Counted from the stretch's first letter, positions 1 to 10,055 are shown. The stretch is DNA of 64,000 nucleotides from an uncultured Alphaproteobacteria bacterium (GCA_938034375.1 CALHLB010000030.1:1220-65219); one strand, 5' to 3'. Made by a program: numbers and translations. The notes: a model not told the origin generated them from the sequence alone.

Positions 1-1525
1 TTATGGTTTTGGCCACATAAGGTATAATGCGACTACCGCCAGGGCTTCCTAAAGCAAGTACTGGTTTATCATCTTTCAAGACAATTGTTGGCGCCATTGA
101 AGAGCGTGGACGTTTGCCTGGTGCTGCGATATTAGCAACTGTTTTTCCTTTATCGTGGGTAACAAAGGAAAAGTCTGTCAATTGATTATTTAATAAAAAA
201 CCGCCTGCCATCAATGTAGAGCCAAAGGCACCTTCAATAGACGAGGTGTAAGAAACGATATTACCTTCCTCATCATGGATAACGAAATGTGTGGTGGAAG
301 GACGCTCATGGGAGAAGCCTTCAATATAGTTGAGTGCATGATCGAAAGGCGGGGTACCAGCTTTTACGGTTTGGAGCTTTTGACCTGTTTTTAAAAATTT
401 GGATCGGTTGTTTAAATATTCTTTTGTCAAAAGCCCTTTTGTTGGAACGGGCAGGAAATCTTCATCAGCGATATAAAGTCGGCGATCTGCAAAGGCCAGT
501 CTTGTTGCATCGCCAATGAGTTGCAGGCTTTCCGTTTTGTTAGGGCCGAGCTTTCGAAGATCAAATGGTTCCATTAGTCCTAAAATTTGGCCAACTGAAA
601 TCGCCCCTGATGAAGGTGGCCCCATGCCACATATCTTATGGTCACGGTATGTGCTGCAAACGGCTTTGCGTTCGATTACTTTGTAATTTGCCAGATCACT
701 TAGTGATAAAGTGCCGTGTTGGCGGCCTTTATTTTGAACTTCATGGACAATCTCTTGTGCAATCTCGCCTTTATAAATGGCGTCTGCGCCTTTATCTCTT
801 AAAGCCATTAATGTTTTTGCGTAAGCGGCATTCTTTCGAAGCTTACCGGTTTTTAGAGGGGTACTATTTTTATCTAAAAAATATTTTCTTGATTTTTCAA
901 ACCGAGACAAAATATCGTGGCGATTTTCAATCAGGCCGGCGAGGCGTTCAGAAACGCTAAAACCATTTTTTGCAAGGTTAATAGATTCTTCAAACAGGTT
1001 CTTCCATGGCATTTTGCCATAGCGTTTGTGGACATCATGTAAAAGGCGAGGGGTTCCTGGAACACCAACGGAAAGCCCACTAACCACAGCATCAAAAAAT
1101 TGCATTGGCCTTCCTGCATCATTTAAAAATGCTTTGGGTGAAATGCCAGAAGGGGCCGTCTCTCTTCCATCAAATGTGATGAGTTGTTTTTTCTTGTTAT
1201 CCCAATAAACGAGGAAACTGCCGCCACCAAGGCCAGATGATTGCGGCTCTGTTAGCCCTAGCATTGCCTGAACGCTTACCATTGCATCAATGGCATTACC
1301 GCCTTTGCGTAAAATGTTGGCACCAGCATCGGTTGCTTTTTGATTTGCAGTTGCTATGAGCCATTTTTCCCCTTTTGCAGTTTTTTGCAGATTTTCTTGC
1401 AAAGGCATGTGATCTTCAGGAGATACATGATCTGATGCCTGTTGGGCATTCGTTGCATATGGAAAAAGAAAAAGGCCTAATATTGAAAATGATAAGGTTG
1501 TTTTTTTGATGTTGGAAATCAGCAT
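1..1525 (-). CDS. ggt: gamma-glutamyltransferase, 3' end beyond window start
   Basis: Reverse translation from ATG at 1523-1525 gives a signal peptide, then LIATANQKATDAGANILRKGGNAIDA and GLGGGSF. The window edge reads GKRPRSSMAPTIV..LGSPGGSRIIPYV, a classic GGT motif. No stop in frame before position 1. Confidence 0.9.
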   Translation of the reverse strand, partial: MLISNIKKTTLSFSILGLFLFPYATNAQQASDHVSPEDHMPLQENLQKTAKGEKWLIATANQKATDAGANILRKGGNAIDAMVSVQAMLGLTEPQSSGLGGGSFLVYWDNKKKQLITFDGRETAPSGISPKAFLNDAGRPMQFFDAVVSGLSVGVPGTPRLLHDVHKRYGKMPWKNLFEESINLAKNGFSVSERLAGLIENRHDILSRFEKSRKYFLDKNSTPLKTGKLRKNAAYAKTLMALRDKGADAIYKGEIAQEIVHEVQNKGRQHGTLSLSDLANYKVIERKAVCSTYRDHKICGMGPPSSGAISVGQILGLMEPFDLRKLGPNKTESLQLIGDATRLAFADRRLYIADEDFLPVPTKGLLTKEYLNNRSKFLKTGQKLQTVKAGTPPFDHALNYIEGFSHERPSTTHFVIHDEEGNIVSYTSSIEGAFGSTLMAGGFLLNNQLTDFSFVTHDKGKTVANIAAPGKRPRSSMAPTIVLKDDKPVLALGSPGGSRIIPYVAKTI

Positions 1526-1680
1526 GATGATAAAATTTTACCTACTTGCACGTTTTATAAGATGACAGGAGCAGTATTTATCTTAGTCTTTCTTACTACA
1601 TGATATAAAATTTAGGAAGGGAGTAAAGCTAAAGGGTCCTAAAACTGATCGTGACAGTAAGATATTATGAGATATCCTGA

Positions 1681-2490
1681 TTATGAACCATTCTCCCCCT
1701 GAAATTGGTTAAAAGCGGCCTTATTTGATAAGGCGCGCTCTTTCCTTAAGGCCTTTTTTATAACGCTGGTAAGATCACGTGCTAAACAGTCATGTCCAAG
1801 AGAACTCATGTGGAACTTGTCTTTAGCAAGCAGGGCCTGCATCATTTTTTCATTTGAAAAGGCCTTTTTCATACGCTCAAAGCGTTTGACCAGGGGGAGG
1901 TTTTGCGTTGACGCCATGGCGGAAAGGAGATTTACAGTATTTGTGTAAAGCTGGTTTTTATAAATTTTCGGAAAAAACTGTGGGTCGATTAAGATAACTG
2001 GTAAATTATTATCTTCTATAATGGTTAGGCCTGTTTCAATTGTCTTTCTCAGGTCTTCCATTGGAATTTTACCAAGCGCATCATTGGTGCCTACTTGCCA
2101 TATTAACAGATCTGGTTTTGTTTCCATAATTGCTTCTTCCAGACGTTGAACCGCGCCTGCAGCTCGTTCCCCGCCAATGCCACGGGCCGTTAAACGCACC
2201 ATTGGCCATGGATTATTATGAGAACTTTTCTGATTTAAATAAAAAGAAGTTTTTTGGATATAAGCGTTTTCTTTACCGCCGGCACCGGTGCCAGCCGTTG
2301 AAGAAGAGCCAATGGCCAGTATATGTAAATGCGTATTTTTCTTCTTGGGTAGGTTATGCAAAAGGTTGGGAACATCATAATCAATATGCCCGCATTTCAA
2401 ATTGCTTATAAGTTCCTCTTTTGCATAGCTTGAAGGGGCTAAAAAAAGAAGCAGGCTGGACAGTAAAAGGGTGATTTTTCTTGAAGTCAT
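1681..2490 (-). CDS. secreted SGNH/GDSL-family hydrolase
   Basis: 269-aa ORF with an N-terminal signal peptide. SGNH blocks visible: ILAIGSSSTAG, GIGGERA, WQVGTNDA, DKFH. Confidence 0.7.
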   Translation of the reverse strand: MTSRKITLLLSSLLLFLAPSSYAKEELISNLKCGHIDYDVPNLLHNLPKKKNTHLHILAIGSSSTAGTGAGGKENAYIQKTSFYLNQKSSHNNPWPMVRLTARGIGGERAAGAVQRLEEAIMETKPDLLIWQVGTNDALGKIPMEDLRKTIETGLTIIEDNNLPVILIDPQFFPKIYKNQLYTNTVNLLSAMASTQNLPLVKRFERMKKAFSNEKMMQALLAKDKFHMSSLGHDCLARDLTSVIKKALRKERALSNKAAFNQFQGENGS

Positions 2491-2495
2491 TTGTA

Positions 2496-3116
2496 TCAGG
2501 CTTTTCTAAAAATAACGCTTAAATTGTTTGATGGCATGTCAATTAGGTCTGGTTCTTTAAAGCCCGCCTTTAAAGCGCAGGCCGTCATTTCTTCTATATG
2601 GCGAATGCCTTTTTGCGGATGTTCTTCACGTAATGATTGATCGAAAGAAATATTGCCGGTTCCTGCTTCTCTTTCTTTGGAAAAAAATGGGCCATAAAAA
2701 TAAAGGGGCGCTCCTTTTTCAAGTAAATTCCCTGCTTTTTCAATAAGTGCAACGGTTGCAGGCCAGGGGGCTATATGGGCAACATTTATGGAAAAGATAC
2801 CCGTTAAATCAAGTGGAGGCCAAGAGCTTTCTAATAAGTCAATTTTGACGGGTTTCTTAATATTTCTTAGTTTTGAAAGATTAATCCAATTTTCAATATT
2901 ACCGAAAAAAACCGTTTCCCGTTCGCTTGGTTGGAATGTGAGATGGGGCATATGGCCTGCAAAATAAATACTGTGCGCTCCTGAACCAGAACCAATCTCC
3001 AAAACGGTACCGCTTTCAGGCAGGATGTTTTTCAAAATGTTTAAAACAGGCTCCCTATTTCTTGCTGCTGCCTGTGGTACGCGCAATAAGTCATAATAGG
3101 GCGTTTGAGTATTCAT
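2496..3116 (-). CDS. class I SAM-dependent methyltransferase (DUF938-like)
   Basis: SAM motif VLEIGSGSGAH. Start moved to the internal MNTQTPYYDLL; the upstream extension of the ORF looks spurious. Confidence 0.65.
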   Translation of the reverse strand: MNTQTPYYDLLRVPQAAARNREPVLNILKNILPESGTVLEIGSGSGAHSIYFAGHMPHLTFQPSERETVFFGNIENWINLSKLRNIKKPVKIDLLESSWPPLDLTGIFSINVAHIAPWPATVALIEKAGNLLEKGAPLYFYGPFFSKEREAGTGNISFDQSLREEHPQKGIRHIEEMTACALKAGFKEPDLIDMPSNNLSVIFRKA

Positions 3117-3274
3117 AAAAATTTCTCCTGCTTTTGTGTTCTGGCAGAAACAAAAGAAAAAAGGCAAGGTCTTTCTTGTCTATGGTACATCACAAATCAG
3201 AGAGGCTTTTAATCTCTCTAACCATAAATTGTTACTTAATAGATTCAGATCCGGTTAAACATAAAGCTAAAACG

Positions 3275-4066
3275 TTATTCATAGCTTAATGTTAACTCAT
3301 AGATGTGCCAGCTTATATGGCCCAGAACGGGTAATGTAATAATTAGACCTAAAAAAGCAGGCAAGAGCGAGATTAAAACAAGGCCTCCTATTATGCCTGC
3401 CCATAAAAGCATGATTATAAAGTTTTCACGAACAGATTGAATACTAATCAACATAGCGCTAACAAAATCAATTTCCCGGTCAAGAAGAAGTGGCATGGTG
3501 ACAACCGTTATGGAAAAAAGAATAGTTGCCATGGCTGCCCCGACAATTGTGCCAACAATCAGAAAAAGAGCGCCTTCCTGTGTGGTTGTCAAAATTGTGA
3601 TAAAGGCCTCAAGAGATGAGAAAGATTGCCATTGGAGGAAAAGCGCTAGCAGTAATCGCGCTTGATAAATCCAGATCCAGAAAACAAACAGAACAACAAA
3701 GGCCATCCAGCCGAATTCCCGCCTTTGCTGTTTGAAAATGACAGTAAAAATATCCTTGGTTGTGAAACCTTCCTGGCGTTTATATTTGCGTGACATTTCA
3801 TAAAGACCGGCGGCAATAAAAGGCGCAATCAATGGAAAGCCAACGCCTGCGGGAATGACCAGCCAAATTTGAACGAAGACAAGCAGCCCTGCAAAAAAGA
3901 CAAGGCCAAAAGCAGCGTAAACAATTCCGAAAAAAAGACTTAGGAAAGGCTTCTTGAAGAAATCAGCTATACCACTTTTTATGGCTCGCTTTAGATCCTT
4001 AAACGTAATGGTATTAATTTTATACTTAACAGGCTGATGATTTTCAGCATTGTCTGTATATGTCAT
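3275..4066 (-). CDS. polytopic membrane protein (DUF2189-like, from memory)
   Basis: Several hydrophobic helices. Start set at ATG 4064-4066 (MTYTDNAENH), which is preceded by GGGAGGAAG. The 315-aa ORF-track version has an implausible N-terminal extension. Confidence 0.55.
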   Translation of the reverse strand: MTYTDNAENHQPVKYKINTITFKDLKRAIKSGIADFFKKPFLSLFFGIVYAAFGLVFFAGLLVFVQIWLVIPAGVGFPLIAPFIAAGLYEMSRKYKRQEGFTTKDIFTVIFKQQRREFGWMAFVVLFVFWIWIYQARLLLALFLQWQSFSSLEAFITILTTTQEGALFLIVGTIVGAAMATILFSITVVTMPLLLDREIDFVSAMLISIQSVRENFIIMLLWAGIIGGLVLISLLPAFLGLIITLPVLGHISWHIYELTLSYE

Positions 4067-4575
4067 GAAACTTCCTCCCAATATCCATTTCATAAGCAGA
4101 ATATGCGAGGAATAGTGAAACCTGTTATCGGGATAATGACAAGGGTTTCTATATTTTAAAGTAGAAAAAACACAATAGATGGAGTTTTTAACGTTTAACA
4201 GGAAAGCGTTGAGCGATTTCAAAAGGAAGTCCTGTACGCACCAAATCTGTTGAACTGGGTTTACGATTTGTAAAAATGTCGCCAGAAGCGTTGCAGGCGG
4301 TTAAAGAACGGTTAAATTGACGAAACATTTTCAATAATCTCTGTTAATTGTGCAGTGCGATGTAGACTATTTATTATTTGCAGATTTATTTGTGAAGGTT
4401 TAAAATTGCATAGCTTCTATGTTCTGGTGGAATGTCTTGCTTAATATTCATTAACCATGATTTGGTGCGATTCCGTTTAATCGCCTTAAATTAATAAGTT
4501 TATAGCCTAGACGCTTGGGTTTAAGTTTGGTTATAAGCGTTGAAAATGGTAATTTTGAAGATATGAAGAGGCAAG

Positions 4576-5322
4576 ATGGCAGGCCATAGTAAATTCAAGA
4601 ACATTATGTACCGCAAAGGGTCGCAAGATGCAAAGCGCTCTAAGATGTTCTCTAAGCTTTCGAAGGAAATAACGGTTGCGGCTAAAATGGGCGGAACTGA
4701 TATTGACGGTAACCCACGCTTGCGCTTGGCTGTTCAAAATGCGCGCGCGCAATCCATGCCGAAAGATAATATTGAGCGGGCAATTAAAAAAGCCGATGGT
4801 GGGGATGCAGATACTTATGAAGAAATTCGTTATGAAGGCTATGGACCCGGCGGTGTTGCCGTTATCGTTGAATGTTTGACAGATAATAAAAACCGCTCGG
4901 CTTCTTCTGTCCGGTCGACCTTTACCAAAAATGGTGGCTCTTTAGGGGAAACGGGTTCTGTTGGTTTTATGTTTGAGCGTGTGGGTGAAATTACTTACAA
5001 GGTTGAGGCTGGTGATGCCGATAGTATTATGGAAGCTGCGATTGAAGCGGGCGCTGATGATGTTGAAAGCGATGAGGATGGCCATCTTATAACTTGCGCG
5101 TTTGAAGATTTGGGTGATGTTTCCAAGGCTTTAGGCGATGTTTTGGGGGAGGCTGATAGCGTTAAACCTATCTGGAAACCACAAAATAATGTACCGATTG
5201 ATGCTGATAAGGGCGCCACATTGATGAAGCTTATTTCAACATTGGAAGATGATGATGATGTGCAGAATGTTTATGCCAATTTTGAAATGGACGATGATGT
5301 TCTGGCTTCTTTGCAGGAATAG
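4576..5322 (+). CDS. yebC: YebC/PmpR family DNA-binding transcriptional regulator
   Basis: [40 protein letters not shown] are hallmark YebC N-terminal motifs. Sits upstream of ruvC as is usual. Confidence 0.92.
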   Translation: MAGHSKFKNIMYRKGSQDAKRSKMFSKLSKEITVAAKMGGTDIDGNPRLRLAVQNARAQSMPKDNIERAIKKADGGDADTYEEIRYEGYGPGGVAVIVECLTDNKNRSASSVRSTFTKNGGSLGETGSVGFMFERVGEITYKVEAGDADSIMEAAIEAGADDVESDEDGHLITCAFEDLGDVSKALGDVLGEADSVKPIWKPQNNVPIDADKGATLMKLISTLEDDDDVQNVYANFEMDDDVLASLQE

Positions 5323-5417
5323 ATTAATTTAAAATATTTAAATCCTCGTTTCATCGGGGCTTTTCTTTTAAAGTTAAAATGATACTCATTGTAAATTGTT
5401 TGGGTTATTGTGCTTTC

Positions 5418-5933
5418 ATGAGTGAAACGATTCGAATAATTGGCATTGACCCGGGCCTGCGCCACACAGGGTGGGGCGTTATTGATATTACGCAGAATTC
5501 TTTGCGATTCATTGCCAGTGGAACAGTGAAGGCAGCTCCTAAAGCGGATTTGGCAAATAGGCTGCTTGAAATCTATAATGGCCTCAATAGCATTTTGGGG
5601 GAATGGCGCCCAGATGAGGCCGCGATTGAGGAAACGTTTGTTAATAAGGATGCACGTGCAACCTTAAAATTAGGGCAGGCGCGGGGCGTGGCACTCTTAA
5701 CGCCGGCAAAAGCGGGACTTTCCGTTTTTGAATATGCACCAAATCAAGTTAAAAAATCAGTTATTGGTGTTGGTCATGCTGACAAAAAGCAAGTACAAAT
5801 GATGGTGAAGGTACTTTTGCCCAAAGCCACATATGATAGTGCTGATGCAGCGGATGCTCTTGCTATTGCGCTTTGTCACGCGCATAACCGTCAAACATTG
5901 GTGCAACAAATGAGAATGGCAAGTGTGACATGA
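5418..5933 (+). CDS. ruvC: crossover junction endodeoxyribonuclease RuvC
   Basis: [51 protein letters not shown]. Start at MSETIRI. Confidence 0.92.
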   Translation: MSETIRIIGIDPGLRHTGWGVIDITQNSLRFIASGTVKAAPKADLANRLLEIYNGLNSILGEWRPDEAAIEETFVNKDARATLKLGQARGVALLTPAKAGLSVFEYAPNQVKKSVIGVGHADKKQVQMMVKVLLPKATYDSADAADALAIALCHAHNRQTLVQQMRMASVT

Positions 5934-6547
5934 TTGGCAAATTAAAAGGTCTGATTGATTCATATAGCGATGATTATCTGATCCTTGATGTGCAAGGGGT
6001 GGGATATCAAGTTCACTGCTCATCAAAAACCCTTTCTTCTTTGCCGCAGACGGGAGAGGCTGTTTCCCTTGCGATTGAAACGCATGTGAGAGAAACCGAA
6101 ATCAAGCTTTTTGGTTTTGCCAATGAACTGGAACGCGAATGGTTCCGTCTTTTGCAAAATGTGCAAGGTGTTGGCGCAAAAGTGGCTCTGGCTATATTGG
6201 GGACCTTATCGGCGAGCGAATTGGCGTCTGCTATTGCTTTGCAAGATAAGGCGATGGTTGCCCGTTCCCCGGGGGTTGGCCCGAAAGTTGCCCAGCGGAT
6301 TGTTCTGGAACTGAAGAATAAAGCGCCTGCCTTTTCCGGCGGTGAAGATGGGGCACTTGGCCTGCAACAGGAATTGGGGGAAGGGGTTGCTTCTTCCAAT
6401 GTGGCTGATGCGGTTTCTGCCCTGACAAATCTTGGATATAGCACGCCGCAGGCATCTGCTGCTATTGCAACGATTTTGAAGGATAAGGGAGAGGATACGG
6501 ATACGCAAGCCCTCATCCGGTTAGGATTGAAGGAGATATCCGGTTGA
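5930..6547 (+). CDS. ruvA: Holliday junction branch migration complex subunit RuvA
   Basis: [50 protein letters not shown] overlap with ruvC. Confidence 0.92.
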   Translation: MIGKLKGLIDSYSDDYLILDVQGVGYQVHCSSKTLSSLPQTGEAVSLAIETHVRETEIKLFGFANELEREWFRLLQNVQGVGAKVALAILGTLSASELASAIALQDKAMVARSPGVGPKVAQRIVLELKNKAPAFSGGEDGALGLQQELGEGVASSNVADAVSALTNLGYSTPQASAAIATILKDKGEDTDTQALIRLGLKEISG

Positions 6548-7041
6548 TTTCCGGCGTTGATTATAAGGCTCATACCCGAGCAAGGTTTTTTATTTATGCT
6601 GTTTGTTTGGGGCCACTCTCGGGTTCTGTATTTATGTTGCTTATTATAGCTGTGTGTGAACGCAAACTTGAGGCTCTTTTTCCTCCTCTTGATGTGTTTG
6701 CTGTCCTGATTTCTTTTTCTTATTTCCTGGGTATATTGCCCGCATTTGCAACGGCGTGGTTTATTGGTTATTGCTTTGAGCGCTATAACGGTGTTACATT
6801 CAAGCATGTTGTTTTATCAATTATTTTTGGTTTTTTAATTGGCAATTTGTTGGTGCGTTATTTGATTCTTCACTACCGGCAATCTTTTAACATTGAGGAC
6901 ATCCTGCTTTTTGAATGGAGGCTTTTGGAGTTGGGTCTCTTGTCTACATTGCTTCTTTGGTATTTGAGACCGCGTCAATGGATCGGCCCATTAACGCGCG
7001 AAGAGCTTGTTTTCTGGCGTGACAAGCAGGAGGCAAACTGA
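6544..7041 (+). CDS. hypothetical small membrane protein between ruvA and ruvB
   Basis: 165-aa ORF with about 4 hydrophobic segments. TTG start overlaps the ruvA stop, and the ORF ends 5 nt before the ruvB ATG. No recognisable family. Confidence 0.45.
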   Translation: MISGVDYKAHTRARFFIYAVCLGPLSGSVFMLLIIAVCERKLEALFPPLDVFAVLISFSYFLGILPAFATAWFIGYCFERYNGVTFKHVVLSIIFGFLIGNLLVRYLILHYRQSFNIEDILLFEWRLLELGLLSTLLLWYLRPRQWIGPLTREELVFWRDKQEAN

Positions 7042-7045
7042 CCTT

Positions 7046-8077
7046 ATGAGTGATTCTGACCGTCTTGTTACTGCTAATCCTCGTATTGAAGATGATACGT
7101 CTATTCGCCCGTTATCGATTGATGATTTTACAGGGCAAAAGGAAGCGCGGGAAAATTTAAAAGTTTTTATTGGTGCTGCAAAAGCACGCAATGAGGCGCT
7201 GGATCATGTGCTTTTCGTTGGACCGCCAGGGCTTGGAAAAACCACTTTAGCGCAAATTGTTGCGCGTGAATTAGGGGTTAATTTTCGTTCAACCTCTGGT
7301 CCTGTTATTGCAAAAGCGGGGGATTTGGCGGCTCTTTTAACGAATATGGAAGAGAATGACGTCCTTTTTATTGATGAGATTCATCGTTTAAACCCGGCTG
7401 TTGAAGAAATTTTATATCCTGCCATGGAGGATTTTCAGCTCGATCTGATTATTGGAGAGGGACCGGCCGCGCGGTCTGTCAAGATTGATTTAGCCAAGTT
7501 TACCCTTGTGGCAGCGACAACCCGTTTGGGGCTTTTAACCACACCTTTGCGGGACAGGTTTGGCATTCCTATTCGGTTGAATTTTTATACCATTGAAGAA
7601 CTCACGAGTATTGTTACCCGTGGTGCCCGCATTTTAGAGATCGGTATGACACAAGATGGCGCCCGTGAAGTGGCAAGGCGTGCGCGTGGTACACCGCGTA
7701 TTGCCGGACGGCTTTTGCGGCGTGTTAGAGATTTTGCGATTTTTGAGAATATGCCCGAAATTAACCGCGAAATTGCTGATAGGGCGCTTGGTCGCCTTGA
7801 TGTGGATGACCGCGGCCTTGACGCTTTGGATCGGCGCTACCTTAATCAGATTGCTCTGCATTTTGGAGGAGGACCGGTTGGTATAGAAACCATCGCTGCC
7901 GCTCTTTCAGAGCCGCGCGATGCAATTGAGGAAATTGTAGAGCCTTATCTAATCCAGCAAGGTTTTGTGCAAAGAACGCCGCGTGGCAGACTTCTAACCC
8001 CTCTTGCCTTTAGTCACCTTGGCTTAGCTGTTCCTGATGGAGGTGGGGCGCAAATGGGTCTGTTTCACGAAGAGTGA
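7046..8077 (+). CDS. ruvB: Holliday junction branch migration DNA helicase RuvB
   Basis: Walker [12 protein letters not shown], Walker [28 protein letters not shown]. Start at MSDSDRLV. Confidence 0.96.
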   Translation: MSDSDRLVTANPRIEDDTSIRPLSIDDFTGQKEARENLKVFIGAAKARNEALDHVLFVGPPGLGKTTLAQIVARELGVNFRSTSGPVIAKAGDLAALLTNMEENDVLFIDEIHRLNPAVEEILYPAMEDFQLDLIIGEGPAARSVKIDLAKFTLVAATTRLGLLTTPLRDRFGIPIRLNFYTIEELTSIVTRGARILEIGMTQDGAREVARRARGTPRIAGRLLRRVRDFAIFENMPEINREIADRALGRLDVDDRGLDALDRRYLNQIALHFGGGPVGIETIAAALSEPRDAIEEIVEPYLIQQGFVQRTPRGRLLTPLAFSHLGLAVPDGGGAQMGLFHEE

Positions 8078-8165
8078 ATCTTCTTCTCTTTTAACAAAAA
8101 TAACAGTTGTTTTTTTGATGATAACAATTAATAATTGTATTTATTGAGAGGGAGGCGTTTTAAAA

Positions 8166-8426
8166 GTGAAATCAGAAATCATAATTAAGAATTATCCTTC
8201 AATTAAATTAATTATTTCAATAATAATGTTCTATTTAATATTGATAATAGGTACGGGAGGGGTCTTTATATTCATTTTTCTTTTTACATGGCTCATCTCT
8301 TATATTCTTTTAAATAAAGAAATCCATAATTTGAAAAATAATTCTCAAGACTTTAAAAGGAATTATCCATTTTCTAATTATGCAAGTGTCTTTGGTAATT
8401 TTGAATCCTTTTTCTTCTTCAAATAA
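8166..8426 (+). CDS. hypothetical small membrane protein (AT-rich cassette gene 1)
   Basis: GTG start 9 nt after GGGAGG. 86 aa with two strongly hydrophobic segments and AT-rich codon usage unlike its neighbours. Confidence 0.45.
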   Translation: MKSEIIIKNYPSIKLIISIIMFYLILIIGTGGVFIFIFLFTWLISYILLNKEIHNLKNNSQDFKRNYPFSNYASVFGNFESFFFFK

Positions 8427-8429
8427 AAT

Positions 8430-9026
8430 TTGAAGGATGAAATTATAAAAGAAATTGATCGTAAGATTTTAAGAAATTTTAGATTTGGAAAATTATTACC
8501 CACTAATCTTATCGATAAGGATAAGAATTTAAAAGTTTATGAATCCAGGCTTTTTTACATAAGTCAAATAACCCATACGAATAGAGCAACGAATGTAACA
8601 ATAGCGCTGAAAGTTGATGTGAATAACGGAATTCACGTGATCAGGTGGTGGTTATTGTTAGGTGGTTTTGTGGATGTAAATAAAAAACTTTCTTTTCTTG
8701 CGTTTTCTCCACTTACTCTTTGGTTTTGGATTCTGCCTTATCTGCGTGGGGACTATGACTTGTTGGATAAAATTCGTTCGATTTATCCTTCTGCCTTTAA
8801 TGACATGGACGCAGAAACTTTAACGAAATTAGGGCATAAGGCAGTTTTTGATGCAATCGTATTGGTTCTTGATAACAATGGTATTGATACGAGTGATCTA
8901 CTTCATCAGAGAAATAATGTGATGAATATTAACGTTTCTGGGGGCAAATTCCAAGTTGGTAATATCGTTCAAGGTTCTATGAATAAAGTTTCAGCAAAAC
9001 TTGGCAGAACTAAAAATGTGGTATGA
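8430..9026 (+). CDS. hypothetical protein with central hydrophobic hairpin and C-terminal GNIVQG motif (cassette gene 2)
   Basis: 198-aa ORF with a TTG start 3 nt after the gene 1 stop. Hydrophobic stretch IRWWLLLGGF..LTLWFWILPYL. C-terminal KFQVGNIVQGSMNKV. Confidence 0.45.
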   Translation: MKDEIIKEIDRKILRNFRFGKLLPTNLIDKDKNLKVYESRLFYISQITHTNRATNVTIALKVDVNNGIHVIRWWLLLGGFVDVNKKLSFLAFSPLTLWFWILPYLRGDYDLLDKIRSIYPSAFNDMDAETLTKLGHKAVFDAIVLVLDNNGIDTSDLLHQRNNVMNINVSGGKFQVGNIVQGSMNKVSAKLGRTKNVV

Positions 9027-9387
9027 ACAAGATAAAAAATCTCGTTTCAAAATGAGTTTGGATTTTAAATCTGGTAATCAAATAGGCAATATTGTCCAAG
9101 GTAATGGTAATAAGGTAAAGTCACAAATTTATGGAATTAATGATAAAAATGAAATAATTATTGAAGAAATACATAAAATAAAAGCAGAAATAGAATGTCT
9201 TGCTGAAGCAAAAGATGTGTCTTTTTCTGATTTTAAAAAGCTTATGCATGAAGTTGAAGAAATGGAAAATTTAACGAGTTCTGATGGCTCTATTGATAAA
9301 ATATTATCGACAGCAAAGACACTCTATGAGAATTATGGTTGGGCTAAAAACCTTTTTAGTGATTTAATTAATCTTATTAACTCTTGA
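9016..9387 (+). CDS. hypothetical protein with N-terminal GNIVQG motif and helical C-terminus (cassette gene 3)
   Basis: Frame open from 9001. ATG at 9016 overlaps the gene 2 stop; an alternative ATG lies at 9052. Contains GNQIGNIVQGNGNKV followed by a charged helical region. Confidence 0.45.
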   Translation: MWYEQDKKSRFKMSLDFKSGNQIGNIVQGNGNKVKSQIYGINDKNEIIIEEIHKIKAEIECLAEAKDVSFSDFKKLMHEVEEMENLTSSDGSIDKILSTAKTLYENYGWAKNLFSDLINLINS

Positions 9388-9516
9388 ATAAAACGAAATT
9401 ATTTATATAAATATTTCTTTCTAATTGTGAAGCTCTTTAAAAGTTTCATTTTTACGTCTCAATTCGACCATTATACTTTGACAGGCTTTGAACGATAAAA
9501 CGTTTGGAGACTTGTG

Positions 9517-9909
9517 ATGATTAAAAAAAGTTCGAAATATGGTTTAATTTTCTCCTCAGCTCTGTTTTTTGCAGCTTTCCCGAATAGTTCTTCTGCCAAC
9601 TCTGTTCTTATTGAGTGCTTTACAGATGAGTGCATCTTAGCATTTGACGTGAATGCCGGGTGGGAGCAGAAGGCTGTTATAACTGGTCCTAACGGGTATC
9701 ATATCACCTTAACGGGACAAGGCGAAGGGGTGCGGGTTTTTGAAGATTACGTTGAATGCGGCGTTTATGAAGTAACTCTTTTTCATAATAGTGGTGAAGG
9801 ATGGTATTTATCCGATATTGAAGCTGATGAAAGTGCCGTATTCGGAGATGACCGTGGTGGCAGACGACAGGACTTCAATGATGCTGTTGTAACTTTGAAA
9901 CAGCTCTAA
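9517..9909 (+). CDS. secreted small protein with PA-IIL/DUF4114-like C-terminal DFNDAVV motif (cassette gene 4)
   Basis: GGAGA lies 6 nt upstream of ATG 9517. Signal peptide ends SSSANS. C-terminus reads GDDRGGRRQDFNDAVVTLKQL. Confidence 0.55.
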   Translation: MIKKSSKYGLIFSSALFFAAFPNSSSANSVLIECFTDECILAFDVNAGWEQKAVITGPNGYHITLTGQGEGVRVFEDYVECGVYEVTLFHNSGEGWYLSDIEADESAVFGDDRGGRRQDFNDAVVTLKQL

Positions 9910-9960
9910 TTGTCTTTGGCTACACTTGACAAAGATGATTTAATTAAGCATTTTCTTAAA

Positions 9961-10055
9961 CATCGAGGAGAGTCCCGAGAAGGGTTCTGAGAGGCGGTTA
10001 TTTTCCACTGCGATCCTTAAAACCTGATCCAGATGATGCTGGCGAAGGGACGATG
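9961..10055 (+). promoter_or_regulatory. TPP (THI-box) riboswitch aptamer
   Basis: P1 CATCG (9961-9965) pairs with CGATG (10051-10055). Conserved CTGAGA and AACCTGATCCAGATGATGCTGGCGAAGGGA elements. Sits directly upstream of thiO. Confidence 0.85.

Noticed and set aside
4188-4328. 46-codon minus-strand ORF (MFRQFNRSLTACNASGDIFTNRKPSSTDLVRTGLPFEIAQRFPVKR) in the spacer upstream of yebC.
   Set aside because: It has no convincing ribosome-binding site, no recognisable small-protein family, and is below any length at which coding can be judged by eye.
6013-6807. Long antisense ORFs opposite well-supported genes (for example 6013-6807, 21001-21603, 26710-27348, 41142-41699, 56580-57563, and many 60-110-aa ORFs in the track).
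   Set aside because: They lie entirely opposite genes with unmistakable family motifs (ruvA, ftsH, serA, cheA, serine recombinase). Their sequences are low-complexity or Arg/Ser/Cys-rich, as is typical of shadow frames.
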